A DNA stretch of 64,000 bases from an uncultured Clostridium sp. (GTDB lineage Bacteria > Bacillota > Clostridia > TANB77 > CAG-508). The DNA lies in contig CAMEJH010000001.1 in the NCBI GenBank assembly GCA_945919455.1, positions 20,184 to 84,183 on the forward strand, read 5' to 3'. The notes beneath the pieces were generated by a model, which was given only the letters and a program-made list of their open reading frames with translations, was not told the DNA's origin and ran no database searches. The position numbers and the translations under genes were made by a program. Shown here piece after piece: positions 37,635 to 46,891 of the stretch; position 1 is the stretch's first letter; each line of letters starts with the position of its first letter.

Positions 37635-39182
37635 ATGAAAAAAATTTTGGAAATTGCGGAAAATATAATAAGAAAAGTTGTAAGCTGTAGATTACTATAT
37701 TATATAATGGCAATGTTATTATTTATAGGAACTTATTATATGGATTTAAAAATAAGATTAGAAAATAATGCTCAAACTGGAGGAACTCATTTAAAGTATT
37801 TTATAATAGCAGCTACTGTTAGTGGAATAATAGTATTGGCATTAATAATATTTTCAAAAAAATTATATCAAAAAATTGAACCACATATTGTTTATTTAAT
37901 TTTAGCATTAATTATTGGTGGAATGTATATATTTATAATTCCTTTGTGTGCACAAAGTGATGAACCTGCACATTTATACAGAGCTTTTCAAGTGGCTAGA
38001 GGAGAATGGATTTCTCCTATGAATGAAAGTGGATGTGTAACTCAAATGCCCAAATCAGTTGTTGATATGGTTCAAATAAATAGCGAAACTAAAAAGAGAG
38101 AATATAAAAAATATTATGATATAAAAGAAATGATGAAAATATCATTAAATGAAAATGAAACAGTTGAAATAAATACTGTTGGAAATTATCATGGTGTAAG
38201 TTACTTACCACAACTTGTTGGTGTGAAAATAGGAATGATATTTAAGCTAAATCCTTATTTTATTGCAATGCTTGGAAGAATGACAAGCTTAATTATAACA
38301 GTATTATTACTATCTTGGGGAATCTATAAGTTACCAAAACATAAACTATTTGCAACAATAGTTTTACTCTCACCAGTAGTATTATCATATGCATCAAGTT
38401 TTTCAGCAGATAACATGACATTAGCTAGTATATTTTTAATGGTGAGTTATGTTCTTTATTACATGCATACAAAAGAAAAAATAAAGAAAAAAGATTATAT
38501 AATATTAGGTGTTTTAACATTTATAGTAGCTATTTCTAAAATAGCATATTTACCTGTAGTTGGAATTTTAATATTTTTACCTAAAGAATGTTTTGAAGAT
38601 AATAAAAGAAAATGGATATACTCAATACTATTCGTTATTTTTGGACTAGTTTCAGCTGTTTGGTGGATGAAAGTAGCATCTATTAGTGCGAGAGTAGGGG
38701 ATCCTAATAATACAAATACATGGATTTACTCAAATCCAATAGGATATTTGACTGTTTTATTTAGGACAACTATAAGTAATGCTTGGGATTATGTTGCAAA
38801 TATTTTTGCAGGACACTTTTTATGTCATAATCAAGTTAATCCATATAGTATAGTACCTATAGCATATATAGTAATTGCAGTAATGGCATTCTTTAATGAT
38901 GAGAATAAAGAAAAAACAACTATGATGCAGAAATTAATAACTTTTGGAATACTAGCATTATCATATCTACTTATAAGTACTGCAATGTATGTATATAATA
39001 CAAGCTTTAGAAGTGAAATTATTGTAGGAGTTCAAGGAAGATATTTTGTTCCTTTACTTCTAATGGCTGTATTTTTTGGAAATAGTAAAAAGTGGAATAT
39101 TGAAGAACAAAAACTAACTAATGTGGCATTAGTAGCAAACTATGTAGTATATTTAGCTATGATGACAAAGTTTTTTATATAG
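37635..39182 (+). CDS. Polytopic membrane protein, DUF2142-like (candidate GT-C acting on a lipid-linked sugar)
   Basis: SDEPAHLYRAFQVARGEW motif after the first helices, and GVQGRYFVPLL near the C-terminus. Both are shared with 41096-42409. The family name is from memory. Confidence 0.55.
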   Translation: MKKILEIAENIIRKVVSCRLLYYIMAMLLFIGTYYMDLKIRLENNAQTGGTHLKYFIIAATVSGIIVLALIIFSKKLYQKIEPHIVYLILALIIGGMYIFIIPLCAQSDEPAHLYRAFQVARGEWISPMNESGCVTQMPKSVVDMVQINSETKKREYKKYYDIKEMMKISLNENETVEINTVGNYHGVSYLPQLVGVKIGMIFKLNPYFIAMLGRMTSLIITVLLLSWGIYKLPKHKLFATIVLLSPVVLSYASSFSADNMTLASIFLMVSYVLYYMHTKEKIKKKDYIILGVLTFIVAISKIAYLPVVGILIFLPKECFEDNKRKWIYSILFVIFGLVSAVWWMKVASISARVGDPNNTNTWIYSNPIGYLTVLFRTTISNAWDYVANIFAGHFLCHNQVNPYSIVPIAYIVIAVMAFFNDENKEKTTMMQKLITFGILALSYLLISTAMYVYNTSFRSEIIVGVQGRYFVPLLLMAVFFGNSKKWNIEEQKLTNVALVANYVVYLAMMTKFFI

Positions 39183-39203
39183 TTAAATAGAAAGGAACAA
39201 TAA

Positions 39204-41096
39204 ATGAATAAATTTGTGCAAATAAAAGATGATGTTTTAAATTTCATATTACCAATAGGAAGCAAAAGACGAATGAGTTTTCAATATATATATAGATTAT
39301 TAAAATCCAAAGAAAATAGAGAACAATTAAAAATAAAAATTAAAGAATTAGGATTGCACAAAGGATTGAAATATTCATTTTATAAATTAGTTGTACCAGA
39401 TAGTAGAGAATATCAAGAAGAAAGATATGCAAAATGGATAGCAAATAATAGATTAACAGAAGAAGAAAAAGAAAAGCAGAGAAATAAAAAGTTTGAATAT
39501 AGCCCACTTATAAGTATTGTTACACCATTATTTAATACCCCAAAAGAATACTTTTTGGATTATATAAAAAGTATTAAAAATCAGACATATTCAAACTGGG
39601 AACTTTGCTTAGTTGATGCAAGTTCTAAACCACTTGATTATATAGATGAAATAATAAAAGAAGATAGCAGAATAAAATATAAGATATTAGAAGAAAATAA
39701 AGGAATTTCAGAAAATTCAAATGAAGCAATAAAAATGTCAAAAGGAGAGTTTATTGCATTAGTAGATCACGATGACATAATAGAAGAAAATGCTTTGTTT
39801 GAAGTTGTAGAATATATAAATAAATTTCCTGAAACTGATTTTTTATACACTGATGAAGATAAATTTGAAGAAAATTTAAGAGATAGATATTTTCCATTTT
39901 TTAAGCCAGATTTTTCACCAGATTTTTTAAGAAGCACTAATTATATTTGCCATTTAAGTATAATAAAAAAATCACTAATAGACGAAATAGGGATGTTTAA
40001 AAAAGAATTTGATGGGGCACAAGATTATGATTTGTTTTTAAGAGCAAGTGAGAAAGCAAAAAAAATATGTCATATACCTAAAGTGTTATATCACTGGAGA
40101 GTTCACAATTCATCAACAGCTCAGAATATGGAAACAAAAATGTATGCAATTGAAGCTGGAAGAAAAGCTATACAGGAGCATTGTAATAGAATAGGGCTAC
40201 CAATTATATCTGTTGAAGTTGAAAAGCCTTTAGGATTATATAGAGTAAAATATAAGCTAAAAGAAAATCCGTTAATCTCTATAATAATACCAAATAAAGA
40301 TTCTGTTTTCTATTTAAAAAGAGCGATAAAATCAATATTAAAATCTACTTATTTAAATTATGAAATAATAATTGTAGAAAATAATAGTAAAAACAAGAAA
40401 ACATTTAAATATTATGATATAATACAAAAAAATCCAAAAATAAAAGTAGTAAAATATAATGAAAAAGGATTTAATTTTTCAAGAATAAATAATTTTGCAG
40501 AAAAATATGCAAAAGGTAAATACATTGTACTATTAAATAATGATATCAAAGTTATAAATGATAATTGGTTAGAAGAAATGCTTTCTATATGTCAAAGAGA
40601 AGAAGTTGGAATAGTTGGAGCAAAACTACTATATAAAGACAGAACTGTTCAACATGCTGGTGTTGTTATAGGAATGGGAGGAATTGCAGGACATGTAAAT
40701 AGAACAATACCAGATAAATTACCAGGATATTATGGCAGAGTAAAAGTAATAAATAATTATTCTGCAGTTACTGCTGCATGTCTTATGACCAAAAAAGAAT
40801 TATACGAAAAAGTAAATGGCCTTGATGAAACTTTAAAAGTTGCATTTAACGACGTAGATTACTGCATGAAAGTAAGAGAGCTTAATAAACTAGTAGTCTA
40901 TACGCCATATGCAAGATTATACCATTATGAATCAAAATCAAGAGGATATGAAGATACTCCTGAAAAAAAGAAAAGATTTGAAGGAGAAATTGATTTATTT
41001 GAAAAAAAATGGAATAAACAATTAAAAATGGGAGATCCATATTTTAATATAAATTTAGATTTATATTCAGAACAATGTGAAATAAAGGAGCAATAA
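39204..41096 (+). CDS. Bifunctional glycosyltransferase with two GT2 domains
   Basis: First domain: ISIVTPLFNTPKEY..LVDASS..LVDHDD. Second domain: ISIIIPNKDSVFYL..VENNS..LNNDI. Confidence 0.8.
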   Translation: MNKFVQIKDDVLNFILPIGSKRRMSFQYIYRLLKSKENREQLKIKIKELGLHKGLKYSFYKLVVPDSREYQEERYAKWIANNRLTEEEKEKQRNKKFEYSPLISIVTPLFNTPKEYFLDYIKSIKNQTYSNWELCLVDASSKPLDYIDEIIKEDSRIKYKILEENKGISENSNEAIKMSKGEFIALVDHDDIIEENALFEVVEYINKFPETDFLYTDEDKFEENLRDRYFPFFKPDFSPDFLRSTNYICHLSIIKKSLIDEIGMFKKEFDGAQDYDLFLRASEKAKKICHIPKVLYHWRVHNSSTAQNMETKMYAIEAGRKAIQEHCNRIGLPIISVEVEKPLGLYRVKYKLKENPLISIIIPNKDSVFYLKRAIKSILKSTYLNYEIIIVENNSKNKKTFKYYDIIQKNPKIKVVKYNEKGFNFSRINNFAEKYAKGKYIVLLNNDIKVINDNWLEEMLSICQREEVGIVGAKLLYKDRTVQHAGVVIGMGGIAGHVNRTIPDKLPGYYGRVKVINNYSAVTAACLMTKKELYEKVNGLDETLKVAFNDVDYCMKVRELNKLVVYTPYARLYHYESKSRGYEDTPEKKKRFEGEIDLFEKKWNKQLKMGDPYFNINLDLYSEQCEIKEQ

Positions 41097-42409
41097 TGAA
41101 GAGAATAGAAAAACTTTTTATTATGATTGCTATTCCTATAGGAATATTATATATGATATTCATGTTGCCAACATATGCGCCAGACGAAAGTGCACATATA
41201 TGGAAGGCATATGAAATATCAAGGGGAATATTTTTTACTAACGAATATACAACAATCCCTAAAGACTTGTTAGAAAACCAACAAGAAAAACTAAATACAT
41301 ATAATGCATTAAAAGAAAGCTTAGATAAAAAAACAAATTATGATGATACAATAGATGTGGTGTCGCCTGCACAAGCATATCCATTCTTTCTGTACATCCC
41401 ATCTGCTATTGGAATTGCAATAGGAAGAGCATTAAATATAAATATTTTATATGGAATATATATAGGAAAATTATTTAACTTTATTATATATGTAACATTA
41501 GGCTATTATATAATAAAAAAATTGCCATTCGGGAAAATAGTTGCATTTGTATATTTATTACTACCAATGATCATATGCCAAGCTATTTCTTTATCTGCAG
41601 ATTCAATTATGAATTCATTAATATTATTTTATATAGCATATATATTACAATTAGTGTATAAAGAAAAGCCATCTAAAATAGATAAGGTAATGTGTATAAT
41701 ATTACCAATTTTAATAACAATTTCTAAAATTGCTTATTTACCCATAATAGGACTTAATTTTTTATTAATTAAGAAAGAAGGAATAAGTAAAAAAGAAAAA
41801 ACAATTATATTAGGAATAGGAACTACCATTTGTATAATTGCAGCAATAGTATATTATATGTATACAATGAGTTTTAATGCTTCAATTGCAGTAAAAGAAT
41901 ATATAGAAGCAACAAATGTTAATTCAACAGAACAGATAAAACTAATAATAACAAAACCTATAATATATGCAAAAGCTATGATAAAAACAATATGTATTTA
42001 TGGACAATATTATCTTGACACATTTATTGGGTCACAACTAGGATGGCTAGATATAATGGTAAATAGAACTATAGTAAATTCATTTATAGTAATACTATTA
42101 TTTACACCATTTTTAGAAAAACATAAAGAAGAGTTAAATAAAAAACAAAAAATATGGATATTATTACTAGCATTATTAACAATTATAATTATTATAACAG
42201 GTCTATATATTACATGGTCTCCAGTGGGAGGAGATTTAGCATTAGGAGTTCAAGGAAGATACTTTATACCAGTTATTATATTGTTTTTACTTTGTTTGTG
42301 TATGAAGGATAATTACATAAGAATAAAAAATATAGACAAGTGGATTGCGATAGCTATAGGAGTTTTAAACATACTTGTACTAATTACTATTTTTAGATTT
42401 TTTATATAA
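41096..42409 (+). CDS. Polytopic membrane protein, DUF2142-like (paralog of 37635-39182)
   Basis: APDESAHIWKAYEISRGIFF and GVQGRYFIPVI motifs. TAATG overlap with the upstream gene. Confidence 0.55.
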   Translation: MKRIEKLFIMIAIPIGILYMIFMLPTYAPDESAHIWKAYEISRGIFFTNEYTTIPKDLLENQQEKLNTYNALKESLDKKTNYDDTIDVVSPAQAYPFFLYIPSAIGIAIGRALNINILYGIYIGKLFNFIIYVTLGYYIIKKLPFGKIVAFVYLLLPMIICQAISLSADSIMNSLILFYIAYILQLVYKEKPSKIDKVMCIILPILITISKIAYLPIIGLNFLLIKKEGISKKEKTIILGIGTTICIIAAIVYYMYTMSFNASIAVKEYIEATNVNSTEQIKLIITKPIIYAKAMIKTICIYGQYYLDTFIGSQLGWLDIMVNRTIVNSFIVILLFTPFLEKHKEELNKKQKIWILLLALLTIIIIITGLYITWSPVGGDLALGVQGRYFIPVIILFLLCLCMKDNYIRIKNIDKWIAIAIGVLNILVLITIFRFFI

Positions 42410-42425
42410 TAGAGGAGAAGAAATA

Positions 42426-43139
42426 ATGAAAGTTTTACTAATAATACCAGCTTATAATGAACAAGAAAATATATTATCAACCGTAAAAAAAATAGAAGAA
42501 TATAGTAAGGAAATAGATTATATAGTTATAAATGATGGTTCAACAGATAATACAGAAAAAATACTAACTGAAAATAAAATTAATCATATAAAATTAGTAA
42601 ATAATCTTGGAATAGGAGGAGCTGTACAGACAGGATACAAATATGCTTATGAAAATAATTATGATATAGCAATTCAGTTTGATGGAGATGGACAACACGA
42701 TGTTAATTATGTACCAAATATTTGTGAATCTATAATAAATGGACAAGCAGATATGTGCATAGGCACAAGATATTTAGATAAAACTGAAAGTAAATTTCAA
42801 TCAACATTTATGAGGAGATTAGGAGCTAAGATAATATCTATATTTATAAGAATTTTTACTGGAAAAAAGATAACAGATCCAACATCAGGATTTAGGGCAG
42901 TAAATAAAAATGTTATAGAGGAGTTTTCAAAAAATTATCCAACAGAATACCCAGAGCCAGAATCAACAGTTTCTTTATTAGTGAATGGATATAGAGTACA
43001 AGAAGCGCCAGTAAGTATGAATGAAAGAGCTGGAGGAGTTTCTTCAATAAGATTTTTTAAAACAGTAGACTATATGATAAAAGTAGTGTTAGCAATAATT
43101 ATAGATAGCATAAGTTTCAGAAGAAGGAGGAAAAAATAA
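42426..43139 (+). CDS. Soluble GT2 polyprenyl-phosphate glycosyltransferase-like enzyme (GacI/DPM-synthase-like)
   Basis: VLLIIPAYNEQENI..VINDGSTDNT..QFDGDGQHD; 237 aa with no TM segment. Confidence 0.7.
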   Translation: MKVLLIIPAYNEQENILSTVKKIEEYSKEIDYIVINDGSTDNTEKILTENKINHIKLVNNLGIGGAVQTGYKYAYENNYDIAIQFDGDGQHDVNYVPNICESIINGQADMCIGTRYLDKTESKFQSTFMRRLGAKIISIFIRIFTGKKITDPTSGFRAVNKNVIEEFSKNYPTEYPEPESTVSLLVNGYRVQEAPVSMNERAGGVSSIRFFKTVDYMIKVVLAIIIDSISFRRRRKK

Positions 43140-43501
43140 TGCAATTACCATTAAAAATAGCATTAATATGTATACTGTTAATATATCTATTATGCATATT
43201 AAAAGCAGTAAAAAGAAAAAATATGAGAATTGGTTATTTGATTTTCTGGTCAATAACAGGGGTAATATTAATTATTTCATTACTTATTCCAAATTTAGTT
43301 GATAATATTTCATCTAAATTAGGATTTGAAATGCCTATAAATATGATATTTAGTATAGCAATTTTTATAATTTTATATTTAATATTTGACTTAACAATTA
43401 TTATATCTAAAGAAGAGAAAAAAAATACCATGCTAATACAAGAGATATCTATGCTAAAGAAGAGGGTAGAAGATTTAGAAAAAATAAAAGGAAATAAATA
43501 A
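43139..43501 (+). CDS. Small 3-4 TM membrane protein (DUF2304/GacJ-like partner of the preceding GT2)
   Basis: 120 aa, hydrophobic, with a C-terminal amphipathic/coiled tail (QEISMLKKRVEDLEKIK). TAATG overlaps on both sides. The family assignment is from memory of the GT2 + small membrane protein pairing. Confidence 0.45.
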   Translation: MQLPLKIALICILLIYLLCILKAVKRKNMRIGYLIFWSITGVILIISLLIPNLVDNISSKLGFEMPINMIFSIAIFIILYLIFDLTIIISKEEKKNTMLIQEISMLKKRVEDLEKIKGNK

Positions 43502-44682
43502 TGAATACTTTAAAAGAAAGAGAAAAAATAGAAGAAAACGAAGGAATAATAGAAAAAAAGAAAAGCAAAAATAGAGATAAATTTTGGGACATTGTCAAAG
43601 GAATAGGAATAATTAGTATAGTTATAGGACATGTAACAATTAATGATATAAAAGAATTTGTTTATACATATCACTTAATAATTTTTTTCCTTGTTGCAGC
43701 TTATTTTTATAATGAAAAGAAATATGGAGATGAACCATTTAAAAATGTTGGGCAAAGGATAAAATCAACTTGGACCAAATATGTATTTTATGCAATGATA
43801 TTAATATTATCTCATAACTTCTTTGTCGAATATCATTTTTATGAACCTCAAATTGTAAAATATAATAATTTTAATGAGATAATAGTTCCATTATTAAATA
43901 CAATTACTTTTAAGTGTAGTGAAATGTTTGGAGGAGCACTATGGTTTGTCCCAACTTTACTTATAACTATAAGTTTATTTGGTGGAATTATATATGTATC
44001 TAGAAAGTTCAGTAAGAAATTTTGTATTAAAGTAAAGAAAAATAAAGAAACAATAGAAAAATATGTAAAATACGTGGTTATCTTAATTTTTACAATATTA
44101 TTTGGTGGATTAGGAGTATTTTTAAATGAAAATTGGTTGTCTTTAAGTTATCATATGCATACATCATTTTTAGTAATTCCAATTTGCACATTAGGATATT
44201 TTATAAGAGAATATATTGATAAAATAAGAAAAATAAAAAAATGGTATGTTTTAATTCCTGTAATGATATTGTCAACTGAAATTTTGATATATGTAATAAA
44301 GCAAGGAATGAAAATAGAATTATCAAAAGAGATGATTATAAATGGATATATGTTTTATATTGTATCTTTTGTTGGAGTATGTTTTTGCTTATCATTAGCA
44401 GGCATAATAGAGAAAATTCCAATAATAAAAACAATAATAGAATTATTAGGTAAACACTCATTTGCTATAATGGCTTTACATTTTGCATGTGCAAAAGGGG
44501 TGGATGTAATTTATTCAAAAATAATAGGTGAGACAAATGTAGAAGTAATATCAAAATGGGTAACAGCATATCCAGAAAAATTATGGGTATTATATGTATT
44601 CGTTGGATGTTTAATACCACTAATTTTTTCAATGATATTAGAAAAAATAAAAAGAATAGGAGAAAAAAATGGAGAACACTAA
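43501..44682 (+). CDS. Acyltransferase family 3 membrane protein (glycan O-acetyltransferase-like)
   Basis: FWDIVKGIGIISIVIGHV N-terminal motif and ~10 hydrophobic segments. Confidence 0.7.
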   Translation: MNTLKEREKIEENEGIIEKKKSKNRDKFWDIVKGIGIISIVIGHVTINDIKEFVYTYHLIIFFLVAAYFYNEKKYGDEPFKNVGQRIKSTWTKYVFYAMILILSHNFFVEYHFYEPQIVKYNNFNEIIVPLLNTITFKCSEMFGGALWFVPTLLITISLFGGIIYVSRKFSKKFCIKVKKNKETIEKYVKYVVILIFTILFGGLGVFLNENWLSLSYHMHTSFLVIPICTLGYFIREYIDKIRKIKKWYVLIPVMILSTEILIYVIKQGMKIELSKEMIINGYMFYIVSFVGVCFCLSLAGIIEKIPIIKTIIELLGKHSFAIMALHFACAKGVDVIYSKIIGETNVEVISKWVTAYPEKLWVLYVFVGCLIPLIFSMILEKIKRIGEKNGEH

Positions 44683-45712
44683 TATAAAACTTTCAATAGT
44701 AGCGGCTGTATATAATCTAGAAAAATATCTTCCAAGATGTTTAGATGCATTGGTAAATCAAACAATGCAAGATATAGAAATATTATGTGTAGATGATGGA
44801 TCAACTGATTCTGCACCACAGATAATAGAGGATTATCAAAAAAAATATCCTGACAAAATAAAAGTTTTCCATAAAGAAAATGGTGGAGAGTTTACTACAA
44901 GAAATTATGGATTAGAAAGGGCTCAAGGTGAATATGTAACATTTGTGGATACAGATGACTATGTTGAACCTAATTGGGCAGAAAAATTATATAATGCAGC
45001 AAAAGAAAATGATGCAGATTTAGCTGTTTGCGGTTTTGAAAGAATAGACTTAGCGACTAATAAGGTTGTGGCAACTAATATGACTAACTTTGGAAATACA
45101 GTAAAAGAAATAGATCCAAAAGATGATTATTTGTTATTTATAAATCCGGCTCCTTGGAATAAAGTTTATAAAAGAGAAAAAATAAAAGATTTGAGATTTT
45201 TGCCATTTAGAGGGTTTAATGATACTATGTTTTTAGCAAGTTGTTATACAAGAATAAATAAAATAGCATTTGTACCAGATGTATTATATCATTATTTTTT
45301 AAGATATGATTCTCAAATACACACAGTAAATGAACAAGATGTTAAGAATTTGAAAAAATATTTGCTTGAAGTAAAAGATTTATACATAAAATCAGGTAAA
45401 TATGAAGAAATGAAATATATATTAGATACATTTGCGTTTTTACACTTAGGTACATCTGTAATGTATAGAGTGTCTTATGATGAATCAGTAAATATGAAAC
45501 AAATGCTAAAAGATACAATAAAATATCTTGATGAAAATTTCTCTAATTGGAGAAAATCACCATTTTTAAAATTGGGATACTCATTTAAAAAAGGGTTTAA
45601 ACACATCGCTTTATGGGGAGTTTCTTTGTTTTATAAATGGGGAATACCAATGGTGTATATTAAGGTGTATCGCTTTTTAGTTGATAAGTTAAAAATTGAT
45701 ATTAAGTTTTAA
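44669..45712 (+). CDS. Glycosyltransferase family 2
   Basis: LSIVAAVYNLEKYLPRCLDALVNQT..CVDDGSTDSA..FVDTDD. Confidence 0.75.
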   Translation: MENTNIKLSIVAAVYNLEKYLPRCLDALVNQTMQDIEILCVDDGSTDSAPQIIEDYQKKYPDKIKVFHKENGGEFTTRNYGLERAQGEYVTFVDTDDYVEPNWAEKLYNAAKENDADLAVCGFERIDLATNKVVATNMTNFGNTVKEIDPKDDYLLFINPAPWNKVYKREKIKDLRFLPFRGFNDTMFLASCYTRINKIAFVPDVLYHYFLRYDSQIHTVNEQDVKNLKKYLLEVKDLYIKSGKYEEMKYILDTFAFLHLGTSVMYRVSYDESVNMKQMLKDTIKYLDENFSNWRKSPFLKLGYSFKKGFKHIALWGVSLFYKWGIPMVYIKVYRFLVDKLKIDIKF

Positions 45713-45778
45713 TAGTTATGAAGTCAAAACATAGCTAGGGTCTTCCTATGGGTCTTGAATTTATTTAATAGTTATATA
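45710..45778 (+). repeat. Structured palindromic element, copy B (degenerate, left arm missing, overlaps the stop codon of the GT2 gene)
   Basis: The core aagtcaaaacatagctagggtcttcctatgggtcttga is identical to copy C. The right arm aatagttatatata is present. Confidence 0.8.
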
Positions 45779-45876
45779 TATGAAATCTTAATATATAACT
45801 ATTTCAAAGTCAAAACATAGCTAGGGTCTTCCTATGGGTCTTGACTTATTCAATAGTTATATATTAAGATTTCATA
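45779..45876 (+). repeat. Structured palindromic element, copy C (best preserved)
   Basis: The outer arms tatgaaatcttaatatataactatt (45779-45803) and aatagttatatattaagatttcata (45852-45876) are perfect 25-bp reverse complements. The inner stem is aagtcaa/ttgactt. The apical part is catagctagggtcttcctatggg. Confidence 0.9.
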
Positions 45877-45913
45877 TAAGAAAATAATAAATAATGAAGA
45901 AAGGGAATGTAGT

Positions 45914-46891
45914 ATGAAAATTGGAGTAGTAATTGTAACATATAATAGATTAGATAAACTAAAATTAGCGTTAGAAAGTTATGAAAAGCAAGTACTAAAA
46001 CCAAAATACATATTAGTAGTTAATAATAATAGTACAGATGGAACATATGATTTTTTGGAAAGATGGAAAGAAAATAGATCTGAAATAGAAAAAAGAGTAG
46101 TAAATCTTACACAAAATACAGGAGGAAGTGGGGGATTTTACGAGGGATTAAAACATAGTTTAGAATTAGATGCTGATTGGATATGGGTTGCAGATGATGA
46201 TGCATATCCAAAAGAAAATGCATTTAAAATAGCGGAACATTATATAAGTACACACGAAAATTCTAGTGAAAATATTTCTGCAATTTGTGGAACTGTATTA
46301 AAAAGTGATGGAGAAACAATAGATTGCTCACATAGAAGAAAAATATATACAACACTATTTAATAGAATTGCACAACCATATTCAAAACCAAAAGATTATG
46401 AACAAGAAGAATTTGAGATAAATGGATTTTCTTATGTTGGAACTATGATAAATAAAGAAAAATTAAAACAAACAGAGTTAACCAAAAAAGACTATTTTAT
46501 ATATTATGATGATACTGAACATAGCTATAGATTATCAAAATTAGGAAAAATAGTTTGTATACCATCTATAAAAGTAGTTCATGATGCACCTCATAGTGAA
46601 ATGAAAGAAATTGTGAAATGGAAATTATATTATTTAGTAAGAAATACATTAGATTTTATAAGAAATAATTTTGATGAAAAATATTTTAAAGAACAATGTT
46701 TTGAAGTACCATTCAAATTTAAAGTGGCAGTATTTTTATTTGGAAAAGACAAAAAATATGGATTCCAAATGATAAATGAAGCTGTTAAAGATGCAAAAAT
46801 AGGAAAAACAGGATTACATGAAATTTATAAGCCTGGGTGGAGCCCTGACAAAATAGAAGAAAGGCAAGAAAATGAAAAAGAGTATCGCTAA
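45914..46891 (+). CDS. Glycosyltransferase family 2 (rhamnosyl-/galactofuranosyl-transferase-like subclass)
   Basis: IGVVIVTYNRLDKLKLALESYEKQ..VVNNNSTDGT..VADDDAYP. Confidence 0.7.
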   Translation: MKIGVVIVTYNRLDKLKLALESYEKQVLKPKYILVVNNNSTDGTYDFLERWKENRSEIEKRVVNLTQNTGGSGGFYEGLKHSLELDADWIWVADDDAYPKENAFKIAEHYISTHENSSENISAICGTVLKSDGETIDCSHRRKIYTTLFNRIAQPYSKPKDYEQEEFEINGFSYVGTMINKEKLKQTELTKKDYFIYYDDTEHSYRLSKLGKIVCIPSIKVVHDAPHSEMKEIVKWKLYYLVRNTLDFIRNNFDEKYFKEQCFEVPFKFKVAVFLFGKDKKYGFQMINEAVKDAKIGKTGLHEIYKPGWSPDKIEERQENEKEYR

